DNA of 43,220 nt from a virus. Its lineage: Duplodnaviria; Heunggongvirae; Uroviricota; Caudoviricetes. The position numbers were made by a program, and so were the translations under genes. This document shows, piece after piece, positions 7,800 through 16,513 of this stretch. The DNA lies in the IMG/VR virus record IMGVR_UViG_2563366806_000003; one strand, given 5' to 3'. The notes under the pieces are model-generated. The model was not told the DNA's origin and made no database searches. It saw only the letters and a program-made list of their open reading frames with translations. Position 1 is the stretch's first letter; every line of letters begins with the position of its first letter.

Positions 7800-8453
7800 T
7801 CAAAAATCCATTATTACTTGTTTGACAAGACCAACTATTCTGCAGTTCTCACCGCATTCAATAGTTTTATAGTTAGGATTTAGTGGGACGAGATACCTGT
7901 TCGGCCAGTCCTCAACAAATTTTTTGAGTGTCGCTTCTTGCCCACCATTGATATGGGCAACAACGATTTTTCCGTTAATACACTCTGTATCAATAATATC
8001 TGGCTCTACGATAACGATAGAACCTTCTGGTATCGATGGTGAGCCGAGGGGATTGGTCATTGAATCACCACGGACCCGTAGTGCAAATGCCATTTCTGAT
8101 ACAAGGGCGGTAGTATAAACCCACTCTTCAGCATCTTCTTTCCTGACACCAGGCTCCGTCATTGTCCATGAACCCGCCTGAACCCACGAGATGAGGGGGA
8201 CTTTTTTAACTGCGAATATTTCAGGTTTTAGATTTATCTTTGGTTCAGGCGAGCCTTTTCCGCTAACAAGCCACAGAGGATCGCATTTAAGTGCGTTGGC
8301 TAGGGCTTGAAGGTTGGCTCCATTTGGTTGGTAGTCGTCCTTTTCCCATCCAGTAACCGTGACACGGTTCACACCAGTCAAATCAGCCAGTGCTTGTTGT
8401 GTCAGGTTCAGTTCTTTTCGCCTTTGGCGAATACGATCACTCATGTTCATCAT
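7800..8453 (-). CDS. CI-like prophage repressor (N-terminal XRE-type HTH, C-terminal S24 LexA-like peptidase domain)
   Basis: …LNLTQQALADLTGVNRVTVTGWE… HTH; C-terminal …LRVRGDSMTNP… and …KKF… S24 self-cleavage motifs; divergent from the Cro-like gene with operators between. Confidence 0.85.
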   Translation of the reverse strand: MMNMSDRIRQRRKELNLTQQALADLTGVNRVTVTGWEKDDYQPNGANLQALANALKCDPLWLVSGKGSPEPKINLKPEIFAVKKVPLISWVQAGSWTMTEPGVRKEDAEEWVYTTALVSEMAFALRVRGDSMTNPLGSPSIPEGSIVIVEPDIIDTECINGKIVVAHINGGQEATLKKFVEDWPNRYLVPLNPNYKTIECGENCRIVGLVKQVIMDF

Positions 8454-8476
8454 GTAGGCAATCCTACCACATGCCC

Positions 8477-8517
8477 ATGTAGGATTCTTGACATTGGTAT
8501 GTTGGATATCCTACATT
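8477..8517 (+). promoter_or_regulatory. Right operator/promoter region (OR/pR-like)
   Basis: TTGACA at 8488-8493; 18-bp palindromic operator atgttggatatcctacat (8499-8516) over the -10 region; degenerate half-site copy at 8477-8494. Confidence 0.55.
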
Positions 8518-8548
8518 TCTGCTTAACGTAATTTAACGGGAGACAGAA

Positions 8549-8746
8549 ATGCGGAAATCCGACGTGATTAATTATTTCGGCGGAGTTTGTAAAACCGCCG
8601 AAGCCCTAGGTATTAAGCATCCGTCTGTTTCAGAGTGGCCTGAGATTATTCCTGAAGGCCGAGCGTACCAGTTAGAAAAAATTACTAACGGGAAACTGAA
8701 AGTTGACGTGTCTTTATATCAAAAGACTAACAGTGCTGCGGCATAA
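8549..8746 (+). CDS. Cro-like DNA-binding protein
   Basis: 65-aa protein divergent from the repressor; …GGVCKTAEALGIKHPSVSEW… HTH typical of Cro/YdaS-like proteins. Confidence 0.7.
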   Translation: MRKSDVINYFGGVCKTAEALGIKHPSVSEWPEIIPEGRAYQLEKITNGKLKVDVSLYQKTNSAAA

Positions 8747-8773
8747 AAACACCACAGAAATGAGGAATTAACC

Positions 8774-9358
8774 GTGGGTAAAGAACCTGAATGGAAAGTT
8801 GATAAACAACCAGCATGGCTGGTGGCAGCAATACGAAGAACGATTGCTGATTTACCTCATGGCTATGAGGAAGCAGCAGAAATTCTTGGTTTGTATAAAT
8901 CTGATGATATCACCCCAGCAAAAGATCAATTGCATAACAGACTGCGTAGCGGTGGGGATCAAATTTTTCCACTTGAGTGGGCCATGGTTTTACAGGATGC
9001 CAGTGGTACCAGGCATGTAACAGATGCAATAGCCCGTCGTAGTAATGGGGTGTTTGTGCCGCTGGTGGTCATTGATGACATTGACAATGGTGACATTAAT
9101 CAGCGGCTGATGGAGTCAATAGAATGGATTGGCAAGCATTCCCAGTACTTACGCAAGGCAACTGCTGATGGAGTTATTGACCAAGCTGAGCGTGAGCAAA
9201 TCGAAGAGAACAGCTACCAAGTAATGGCGAAGTGGCAGGAGCATTTAACACTGTTATTTCGTGTTTTTTGTGCGCCGGAAAAGAGTAACGCCCGCGAGTG
9301 TGCAGCTCCGGGCGTCGTGGCGTCGATTGCTTCTGGTTGTGGAGAAACTAACGCATGA
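8774..9358 (+). CDS. CII-like / YmfL-like early regulatory protein
   Basis: 194-aa ORF directly after cro; size and position match e14 YmfL / CP76-type CII-like regulators (recalled). Confidence 0.45.
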   Translation: MGKEPEWKVDKQPAWLVAAIRRTIADLPHGYEEAAEILGLYKSDDITPAKDQLHNRLRSGGDQIFPLEWAMVLQDASGTRHVTDAIARRSNGVFVPLVVIDDIDNGDINQRLMESIEWIGKHSQYLRKATADGVIDQAEREQIEENSYQVMAKWQEHLTLLFRVFCAPEKSNARECAAPGVVASIASGCGETNA

Positions 9359-9693
9359 ACAGTTTAACAACACACTACCGTCGCTCGCAACTGATTGCGC
9401 TTCCTGTACCGGGTGGAAAAGCGAAGGTGGAGTATTGCTATGCAGTGAATGTACCAGGTGACAGGGAAATTGTAACCCACAGCTTTGCAGAGTGGGCTGT
9501 GGGGGATTTCAACCGGCAGAAGGAGACAGTCCTTTGCGACAAGTTAACCGCTGGTTCAAAGATCACTACGGAGTGCCCGTCAGAGTCATTCGTTGGGAAC
9601 CGGAAACACAACGGGTTATCTACCTCCGCGAAGGCTATGAGTATGAGTGCTTCAGCCCGCTCGAACAGTTTCGTCGTAAATTCAGGGAAATAG
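9355..9693 (+). CDS. Hypothetical early protein, 112 aa (YmfM-like by size and position)
   Basis: ATGA start/stop overlap with the upstream gene; C-terminal third is low-complexity and overlaps a protein-like alternative frame (9492-9713). Confidence 0.4.
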   Translation: MNSLTTHYRRSQLIALPVPGGKAKVEYCYAVNVPGDREIVTHSFAEWAVGDFNRQKETVLCDKLTAGSKITTECPSESFVGNRKHNGLSTSAKAMSMSASARSNSFVVNSGK

Positions 9694-9702
9694 AGGTCGG
9701 TC

Positions 9703-10644
9703 ATGAGCACTAAATTAACCGGCTATGTATGGGATGGTTGCGCAGCGTCAGGCATGAAATTATCCAGCGTGGCAATTATGGCCCGCCTGGCTGATTTCAG
9801 TAATGACGAAGGTGTGTGCTGGCCATCAATTGAAACCATTGCCCGCCAGATTGGCGCGGGGATGAGTACCGTCAGAACGGCTATCGCACGGCTGGAAGCA
9901 GAAGGCTGGTTAACGCGTAAGGCGCGTCGCCAGGGTAACCGCAATGCGTCGAATGTTTATCAGCTTAACGTTGCGAAGCTTCAGGCAGCGGCATTTTCTC
10001 AACTGTCAGATTCTGACCAGTCAAAATCTGACGCATCAAAATCTGACCCGTCAAAATTTGATGCGTCGAAATCTGGCAAAAAAGCGGGTTTTCACCCGTC
10101 AGAATCTGGCGGGGATCCGTCAGTAAAATCAAAACATGATCCGTCAGATAAAAAACCTTCTCGTCCGGACGCTTCGCAACCGGACACGCAGACGGCTGAA
10201 CAGGATTTTTTAACTCGCCATCCTGATGCGGTTGTATTCAGCCCTAAAAAACGCCAGTGGGGGACGCAGGATGATTTGACCTGCGCACAGTGGCTCTGGA
10301 AAAAAATCATCGCCCTGTACGAGCAGGCCGCCGAATGTGACGGCGAGGTGGTTCGTCCCAAAGAACCGAACTGGACAGCCTGGGCAAACGAAATTCGCCT
10401 GATGTGTGTGCAGGATGGTCGTACTCATAAACAAATCTGCGAGATGTACAGCCGCGTCAGTCGCGATCCGTTCTGGTGCCGTAACGTGCTCAGCCCGTCG
10501 AAGCTGCGGGAAAAATGGGATGAGCTTTCCCTGCGCTTATCGCCGTCCGTCAGCACATACACAGAAAAACGTGAAGATCCGTACTTCAAATCCAGTTACG
10601 ACAACGTGGACTACAGCCAGATCCCGGCAGGATTCAGGGGGTGA
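9703..10644 (+). CDS. Replication initiator (O-like, N-terminal HTH) with internal iteron-encoded repeat region
   Basis: N-terminal HTH (…MSTVRTAIARLEAEGWL…); central SKSD/PS repeats encoded by iterons at 10005-10160. Confidence 0.65.
   Translation: MSTKLTGYVWDGCAASGMKLSSVAIMARLADFSNDEGVCWPSIETIARQIGAGMSTVRTAIARLEAEGWLTRKARRQGNRNASNVYQLNVAKLQAAAFSQLSDSDQSKSDASKSDPSKFDASKSGKKAGFHPSESGGDPSVKSKHDPSDKKPSRPDASQPDTQTAEQDFLTRHPDAVVFSPKKRQWGTQDDLTCAQWLWKKIIALYEQAAECDGEVVRPKEPNWTAWANEIRLMCVQDGRTHKQICEMYSRVSRDPFWCRNVLSPSKLREKWDELSLRLSPSVSTYTEKREDPYFKSSYDNVDYSQIPAGFRG
10005..10160. repeat. Putative replication origin iterons inside the initiator gene
   Basis: At least 7 direct repeats of about 15 bp (tcaaaatctgac / ccgtcagaatctg variants) followed by an A-rich stretch. 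Confidence 0.5.
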
Positions 10645-11135
10645 TCATGAGTCTTTTGAATGAAGTTCAGAAATTCATTGAAGCCCATCCGGGGTGTACT
10701 TCCGGAGACATTGCGGATGCTTTTGCAGGTTACTCACGGCAGCGCGTTCTGCAGTCAGCAAGCAAGTTACGTCAGAGTGGGCGTGTGGCTCACCGTTGTG
10801 AAGGAGATACACGCAGACATTTCTCGCGCCTGACTGAGAGAGCGCAGGAGCCGGAACCACAACCAGTTTGTGAAACCAGACCTGTGCGCAAGTTCTATGT
10901 CGGCACTAACGCCCCCCGGGTGATTTTGTGCCTGACCCGCCAGGCTGAAGAACTGGAGTCGAGGGGCTTATACCGTCGTGCTGCAACGGTGTGGATGGAG
11001 GCATTCCGTGAAAGCCACTCCCAGCCAGAACGAAACAATTTTCTGGCGCGTCGTGAACGGTGTTTACGGAAAAGCAGCAAGCGCGCTGCATCGGGTGAAG
11101 AGTGGTATCTGTCAGGGAATTACGTGGGGGCTTAA
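10641..11135 (+). CDS. PerC-family-like regulatory protein with N-terminal extension
   Basis: C-terminal …AEELESRGLYRRAATVWMEAF… matches the PerC signature as recalled. Confidence 0.45.
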   Translation: MIMSLLNEVQKFIEAHPGCTSGDIADAFAGYSRQRVLQSASKLRQSGRVAHRCEGDTRRHFSRLTERAQEPEPQPVCETRPVRKFYVGTNAPRVILCLTRQAEELESRGLYRRAATVWMEAFRESHSQPERNNFLARRERCLRKSSKRAASGEEWYLSGNYVGA

Positions 11136-11461
11136 TGACTACGTTAACTCAATGCCAGCAGCAGGTGCTGGATATGCTGATTTCTTATCAGAAAGAACGT
11201 GGCTTCCCGCCAACCAATCAGGAGGTGGCAACCATGCTGGGATACCGTTCAGTGAATGCAGCGGTGGAGCATCTTCGCGCACTGGAGAAAAAAGGCGTCA
11301 TCACGATAAAGCGTGGCGTGGCCCGGGGCATCACGCTTCATACCGCGGTGAAGGACGACGACAGCGAGGCGGTCGGGATTATCCGCGCACTGCTTGCCGG
11401 TGAGGCAAACGCCAGGCTGCGTGCAGCCCACTGGTTACATGAGAGGGGCCTGAAAGTATGA
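11135..11461 (+). CDS. LexA N-terminal DNA-binding-domain-only protein (winged HTH, no S24 peptidase domain)
   Basis: LTQCQQQVLDMLISYQKERGFPPTNQEVATMLGYRSVNAAVEHLRALEKKGVITIKRGVARGITL aligns residue-by-residue with the E. coli LexA N-terminal domain; protein ends after about 108 aa. Confidence 0.65.
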   Translation: MTTLTQCQQQVLDMLISYQKERGFPPTNQEVATMLGYRSVNAAVEHLRALEKKGVITIKRGVARGITLHTAVKDDDSEAVGIIRALLAGEANARLRAAHWLHERGLKV

Positions 11462-11847
11462 AGCTAATACTGCCTTTTCCGCCCAGCGTGAACACGTACT
11501 GGCGACACCCCAACAAAGGGGCGCTTGCAGGTAAGAGCCTGATAAGCGCGGCGGGGCGAAAATTCCAGAGCGCAGCGTGTGCAGCCATCATTGAGCAGTT
11601 ACGTCGTCTGCCGAAACCAACGTCGGCACCAGCTTCAGTGGAGATCGTGTTGTTTCCTCCGGATAACCGGCTTCGCGATCTGGACAACTATAACAAGGCG
11701 CTGTTTGACGCCCTGACCCACGCGGGTGTGTGGGTGGACGACAGCCAGGTGAAAAGAATGCTGGTGGAGTGGGGGCCGGTTATCCCGGAAGGGAAGGTCG
11801 AAATCACTATCAGTAAGTACGAGAAAACGGCGGGTGCAGCCGCCTGA
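11458..11847 (+). CDS. rusA: RusA Holliday-junction resolvase
   Basis: MKLILPFPPSVNTYWR… and …RDLDNYNKALFDALTHAGVWVDDSQV… are hallmark RusA motifs. Confidence 0.9.
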   Translation: MKLILPFPPSVNTYWRHPNKGALAGKSLISAAGRKFQSAACAAIIEQLRRLPKPTSAPASVEIVLFPPDNRLRDLDNYNKALFDALTHAGVWVDDSQVKRMLVEWGPVIPEGKVEITISKYEKTAGAAA

Positions 11848-11866
11848 TTAAGAGGAGAAACGAAGT

Positions 11867-12676
11867 ATGAATAATCTGATGGTTATTGATGGTATTGAAG
11901 TTCGTCGTGATGCTTATGGGCGTTACAGCCTGAACGATCTGCATCGCGCAGCAGTAGCATCTGGTGCAAATGCCAGAACCAAGGAGCCAGGAAAGTTTCT
12001 TTCCAGCCAACAAACTGTTGAGCTTGTTCATGAATTAACCAACACCCAGAATTTGGGTGTTGACCCGGTGAGTGTGATTCATGGGGGAAATGAACGGGGA
12101 ACGTATGTCTGTAAGGAACTGGTGTATGCCTATGCAATGTGGATCAGCCCGTCATTCCATCTGAAGGTGATCCGTACTTTCGATATGGTAACCAGCGCAC
12201 CGGAAAAATTATCCGGACAGGCTGCTGACAAGATGCAGGCTGGCGTGATTCTGCTGGACTTTATGCGCCGGGAGTTAAATCTGTCTAACTCATCTGTGCT
12301 TGGGGCCTGTCAGAAACTCCAGGAGGCTGTTGGCTTACCGAATCTGGCACCGCGCTATGCCATTGATGCACCTGCTGACGCGCCTGATGGCTCAAGCCGC
12401 CCGACGCTGTCGCTGAGTGCACTGCTGAAGCAGTATGGTATCCGCCTGACGGCTAATCAGGCATATCACCAGATGGTGAAGCTGGGGATCGTCGAGCAGC
12501 GCGAACGATACAGCCGTACCGGGATTAACAACATCAAAAAATTCTGGTCGCTGACGGCGAAAGGCTGCATGTTCGGCAAGAACATCACCAGTCCCGCAAA
12601 TCCGCGTGAGACGCAGCCGCATTTCTTCGAATCCCGATTCCCTGAGCTGTTAAAGCTGCTCGATACCGTTCATTGA
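11867..12676 (+). CDS. KilA-N domain protein (putative antirepressor-like)
   Basis: N-terminal KilA-N pattern (…IDGIEVRRDAYGRYSLNDLHRAA…). Confidence 0.6.
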   Translation: MNNLMVIDGIEVRRDAYGRYSLNDLHRAAVASGANARTKEPGKFLSSQQTVELVHELTNTQNLGVDPVSVIHGGNERGTYVCKELVYAYAMWISPSFHLKVIRTFDMVTSAPEKLSGQAADKMQAGVILLDFMRRELNLSNSSVLGACQKLQEAVGLPNLAPRYAIDAPADAPDGSSRPTLSLSALLKQYGIRLTANQAYHQMVKLGIVEQRERYSRTGINNIKKFWSLTAKGCMFGKNITSPANPRETQPHFFESRFPELLKLLDTVH

Positions 12677-12677
12677 G

Positions 12678-13673
12678 GTGACCGTGAGAGCACTACTGAC
12701 CCCTGAAATAGCCCCGCGTATGGGGATTGTATTGTTCAGACCAGGTTCAGAGCTGATGCCCCTGTTTATGCAGGGGCGTGTCCTGCTGGAGCCTGAGCCG
12801 GAACGTTATTCATCTTTCGCCAGTGGTGCCGTTCCGGCGGCATCACAACCGCTGGCGGATGATCCTGCCGTTAGGGCCGTGTTCCGCAATGAGGCAGTGA
12901 TCCGTCGTGCTGGTGGCGTGGAATGTCTTGAAAGCTGGTTACTTCGTGAAAAAGGCTGCCAGTGGCCTCATTCCGACTGGCACAGCGAGAACATGACCAC
13001 AATGCGACACGCGCCGGGCGCGATCCGTCTGTGCTGGCACTGCGATAACCAGCTGCGCGATCAGTTCACGGAACGGCTGGAATCAATGGCAACGGATAAC
13101 TGTGCCCGCTGGGTGTTGTCTGTAGTCCGTCTGGATCTCGGTTTTGATGATAACCATGCCGTGACAATGCCGGAACTGTGCTGGTGGCTGATTCGTAATG
13201 ACCTGGCGGATGCCTTACCGGAAAGTGCAGCCCGTAAGGCACTGAGATTACCGAAGCCTGTTGTGCCGTCTGTCACCCGGGAAAGTGACCTTGTGCCTTC
13301 GGTTCCTGCCACCAGCATCATCCAGGATAAGGCGAAAAAGGTGCTGGCGCTGAAAGTGGATCCGGAGTCGCCGGAGTCTTTTATGTTACGCCCAAAACGC
13401 CGCCGCTGGGTTAATGAAAAGTACACGCGCTGGGTTAAGACACAGCCGTGTGCATGTTGTGGAAAGCCTGCTGATGATCCCCACCACCTGATAGGCCACG
13501 GTCAGGGTGGAATGGGTACAAAAGCGCATGACCTCTTTGTGTTGCCTTTGTGCAGAAAGCATCACGACGAGCTGCATGCGGATACCGTGGCATTTGAAGA
13601 GAAGTATGGCTCTCAGCTGGAGCTGATATTTCGTTTTATCGATCGTGCGCTGGCAATTGGCGTATTGGCGTAA
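12678..13673 (+). CDS. DUF968-family lambdoid protein with C-terminal HNH-like Zn-binding motif
   Basis: …CACCGKPADDPHHL… and …LPLCRKHHDELH… in the C-terminus; typical nin-region position. Confidence 0.55.
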   Translation: MTVRALLTPEIAPRMGIVLFRPGSELMPLFMQGRVLLEPEPERYSSFASGAVPAASQPLADDPAVRAVFRNEAVIRRAGGVECLESWLLREKGCQWPHSDWHSENMTTMRHAPGAIRLCWHCDNQLRDQFTERLESMATDNCARWVLSVVRLDLGFDDNHAVTMPELCWWLIRNDLADALPESAARKALRLPKPVVPSVTRESDLVPSVPATSIIQDKAKKVLALKVDPESPESFMLRPKRRRWVNEKYTRWVKTQPCACCGKPADDPHHLIGHGQGGMGTKAHDLFVLPLCRKHHDELHADTVAFEEKYGSQLELIFRFIDRALAIGVLA

Positions 13674-13686
13674 GTGGAGAACGAGC

Positions 13687-14439
13687 ATGAACCTTGAAGC
13701 CTTACCAAAATATTACTCCCCAAAATCTCCAAAATTGAGCGATGACGCACCGGCGACAGGCTCAGGTGGTTTAACGATTACGGATGTGATGGCTGCGCAG
13801 GGGATGGTGCAGTCGAAAGCACCGCTTGGGTTTGCCTTATTCCTGGCAAAAGTTGGTGTTCAGGATCCTCAATTTGCGATTGAAGGTCTGCTCAATTACG
13901 CGATGGCACTGGATAACCCGACATTGAACAAATTGAGTGAAGAAACCCGGTTACAGATCATCCCTTACCTTGTGAATTTTGCCTTTGCTGATTATTCCAG
14001 GTCTGCGGCAAGTAAGGCTCGCTGTGAGCATTGTGCTGGTACTGGATTTCATAATGTATTGCGCGAAGTGGTGAAACACTCCAGAAGCGGGGAATCTGTT
14101 ATCAAGGAAGAGTGGGTGAAGGAACTATGTCAGCATTGTCATGGTAAGGGAGAAGTCAGCACAGCGTGCAGAGGGTGTAAGGGTAAAGGTATTGTCCTGG
14201 ATGAAAAAAGGACCCGGCTTCATGGCACGCCTGTTTATAAGATTTGTGGGCGTTGCAATGGAAACCGGTTTAGCCGTTTACCAACCACGCTGGCACGACG
14301 TCATGTCCAGAAGCTGGTACCAGACCTGACCGATTATCAGTGGTATAAGGGGTATGCGGACGTCATTGGTAAACTGGTAACAAAGTGCTGGCAGGAAGAA
14401 GCATACGCGGAAGCGCAATTGAGGAAGGTGACGAGATAA
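13687..14439 (+). CDS. Q: Late-gene antiterminator Q (lambdoid)
   Basis: Cys-rich Zn-finger region (CEHCAGTG…CQHCHGKG…CRGCKGKG); immediately upstream of a late promoter and short-transcript terminator. Confidence 0.8.
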   Translation: MNLEALPKYYSPKSPKLSDDAPATGSGGLTITDVMAAQGMVQSKAPLGFALFLAKVGVQDPQFAIEGLLNYAMALDNPTLNKLSEETRLQIIPYLVNFAFADYSRSAASKARCEHCAGTGFHNVLREVVKHSRSGESVIKEEWVKELCQHCHGKGEVSTACRGCKGKGIVLDEKRTRLHGTPVYKICGRCNGNRFSRLPTTLARRHVQKLVPDLTDYQWYKGYADVIGKLVTKCWQEEAYAEAQLRKVTR

Positions 14440-14470
14440 ATGATTTTTGCTGAAGATGGCGACATGATGC

Positions 14471-14499
14471 TTGCATTTTTCAAAAAATATGGATAAGAT
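14471..14499 (+). promoter_or_regulatory. Late promoter (pR'-like)
   Basis: TTGCAT -35, 17-bp spacer, TAAGAT -10, located 30 bp after Q. Confidence 0.5.
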
Positions 14500-14544
14500 T
14501 TTCCCAACGATGGGCTTTGTATGTCTACCGTTGATAAGATTTAG

Positions 14545-14571
14545 GAACCCGCCACTGAGCGGGTTTTTTGT
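14545..14571 (+). terminator. tR'-like intrinsic terminator (Q-antiterminated)
   Basis: acccgc-cactga-gcgggt hairpin followed by T6, about 65 nt downstream of the late promoter. Confidence 0.7.
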
Positions 14572-14667
14572 ACCTGTAAACTTGGTGCAGTACAGTAAAC
14601 ACGCTGGTGGTCGTGAATACTGACTTTTTATCTTGCTGGATTTTTAGACAAGAGTTATTGGTATGTC

Positions 14668-14895
14668 ATGTTAACCAGAAGGGAAAAAGACATGCTAAAA
14701 CAGCAAGATATGACAGAAACCGCCGCCGCAGTCCTTCATTTCTTACCTGCTGACAAGTGGGTAACGCCACGCATGATGACGAGAACTACCGGAGTAAGCG
14801 AAGCCCGGTGCCAGTTAATACTGACTCAGTTAGTTCTGGCGGGTCTGGCGAAGGATAACGGCGGGTACGGGAATAAATTCAGACGCTGCCAGTAA
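14668..14895 (+). CDS. Hypothetical small late protein, 75 aa
   Basis: First ORF of the late transcript; no recognised motif. Confidence 0.35.
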   Translation: MLTRREKDMLKQQDMTETAAAVLHFLPADKWVTPRMMTRTTGVSEARCQLILTQLVLAGLAKDNGGYGNKFRRCQ

Positions 14896-15045
14896 TGGCG
14901 GTTTCCTGCTGTGAAAATGGGCGGCTGGTGGGTGTTGGTAGCACCTGCCAGCCATTCGCTCATGCTTACTGGTCACAAGCGAACCACGGCCCACTGCTTT
15001 AGCGCAAAAGCAGAGTGAGCCTACCAGAGTTACGCTTACTGATCC

Positions 15046-16098
15046 ATGAAAAATACTGTAAAAATAAACAGTGTTGATTTAATCAACGCTGATTGCCTGC
15101 ATTTTATTCAGTCCCTGCCTGATGATTCCATTGACCTGATTGTTACCGATCCGCCTTACTTCAAGGTGAAACCTAACGGTTGGGACAATCAGTGGAAAGG
15201 GGACGAAGATTACCTTAAGTGGCTGGACCACTGTCTGGCCCAGTTCTGGCGGGTGTTGAAACCTGCCGGAAGCCTTTACCTGTTCTGTGGGCATCGCCTG
15301 GCATCTGATATTGAGATCATGATGCGTGAACGTTTCAACGTGCTTAACCATATCATCTGGGCGAAGCCGTCCGGACGTTGGAATGGGTGTAATAAAGAAA
15401 GTCTGCGCGCATATTTTCCTGCCACAGAGCGCGTTCTGTTTGCTGAACATTACCAGGGGCCATATCGCGGCAAAAGTGACGGCTATGCGGCAAAAGAAAG
15501 GGAACTCAAACAGCACATAATGGCACCGCTGATATCGTATTTCAGGGATGCTCGTGCCGAACTGGGTATAACGGCAAAACAAATTGCCGAAGCCACAGGT
15601 AAGAAAAATATGGTTTCCCACTGGTTTGGTGCCAGTCAGTGGCAGTTGCCGAATGAGGCTGACTATCGGAAGTTACAGGCACTGTTTTCCCGTATAGCGG
15701 CAGAGAAGTTTCAGGAACAACAACTGGAACAACCACACCACCAGCTGGTGGCATCTTATGATTCACTGAATCGCAAATATTCTGAATTGCTGGATGAGTT
15801 TAAATCTCTCCGGCGCTATTTCTCCGTATCAGTTTCCGTGCCTTATACCGATGTCTGGACGCATAAGCCCGTTCAGTTCTATCCGGGTAAACATCCGTGC
15901 GAGAAACCGGCGGATATGCTCCGGCAAATAATCAATGCCAGTAGTCGACCTGGTGATCTGGTTGCTGATTTCTTTATGGGATCCGGTTCCACAATAAAAG
16001 CAGCAATGGCGCTGGGGCGTCGGGCGTTAGGTGTTGAACTTGAGTCAGAGCGGTTTAATCAGACGGTGAAAGAGGTAAGTGAACTGGTGGGGAAATAA
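15046..16098 (+). CDS. Orphan DNA N6-adenine/N4-cytosine methyltransferase (beta-class)
   Basis: DPPY motif (…IVTDPPYF…) near the N-terminus and FxGxG (…DFFMGSGST…) near the C-terminus; no adjacent restriction endonuclease. Confidence 0.8.
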   Translation: MKNTVKINSVDLINADCLHFIQSLPDDSIDLIVTDPPYFKVKPNGWDNQWKGDEDYLKWLDHCLAQFWRVLKPAGSLYLFCGHRLASDIEIMMRERFNVLNHIIWAKPSGRWNGCNKESLRAYFPATERVLFAEHYQGPYRGKSDGYAAKERELKQHIMAPLISYFRDARAELGITAKQIAEATGKKNMVSHWFGASQWQLPNEADYRKLQALFSRIAAEKFQEQQLEQPHHQLVASYDSLNRKYSELLDEFKSLRRYFSVSVSVPYTDVWTHKPVQFYPGKHPCEKPADMLRQIINASSRPGDLVADFFMGSGSTIKAAMALGRRALGVELESERFNQTVKEVSELVGK

Positions 16099-16174
16099 TT
16101 CTGGTGGCCACGTTGCGTGGCCTTTTTATTTCCAACACAGCACCCGCAAATATCGCGAGGTGAGAGATGACGAA

Positions 16175-16510
16175 ATGCCTCATAACCCAAATACCTGGCC
16201 GGACTGGCTGGAGTTGTTTCAGAGCTGGTGGCGTGGAGACACACCGCTGGGTGCAGTGATTATGTCGATCGTTATGGCTGGTTTGCGCATCGCCTATTTT
16301 GGCGGTGGTGGTGGCTGGAAGCGAAAAACGCTCGAGATTTTGCTATGTGGCGCTCTGACGCTGACCTTTGCATCCGCTCTTGAGTATGTCGGATGGCCTA
16401 AATCGCTTTCTGTTGCCATTGGTGGTGGCGTGGGGCTGATCGGTGTCGATGCTATTCGTGGGGCTGCAATGCGAGTAATCGGTAACAAATTTGGTAGCTC
16501 GAAGGAGTAA
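16175..16510 (+). CDS. Holin
   Basis: Small protein with predicted transmembrane segments immediately upstream of endolysin R; internal ATG after the gaggtgagag RBS; the track ORF extends upstream into the methyltransferase gene. Confidence 0.65.
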   Translation: MPHNPNTWPDWLELFQSWWRGDTPLGAVIMSIVMAGLRIAYFGGGGGWKRKTLEILLCGALTLTFASALEYVGWPKSLSVAIGGGVGLIGVDAIRGAAMRVIGNKFGSSKE

Positions 16511-16513
16511 TTT

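Noticed and set aside
9492-9713. Alternative-frame ORF overlapping the 3' end of the 112-aa early gene
   Set aside because: Not called as an independent gene because it starts with GTG inside another ORF and lacks a clear RBS; kept as a possible frameshift or indel (see findings).
14900-15045. Possible tRNA or small RNA between the first late ORF and the methyltransferase gene
   Set aside because: No cloverleaf could be built: no T-loop GTTCRANYC-like motif or acceptor-stem complementarity found by eye.
15079-15621. 180-aa antisense ORF inside the DNA methyltransferase gene
   Set aside because: Entirely within and opposite to a confidently assigned gene; typical spurious antisense ORF.
16079-16174. 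N-terminal 32-codon extension of the holin ORF
   Set aside because: Overlaps the methyltransferase 3' end and has no RBS; the internal ATG with upstream gaggtgagag is the likely start.
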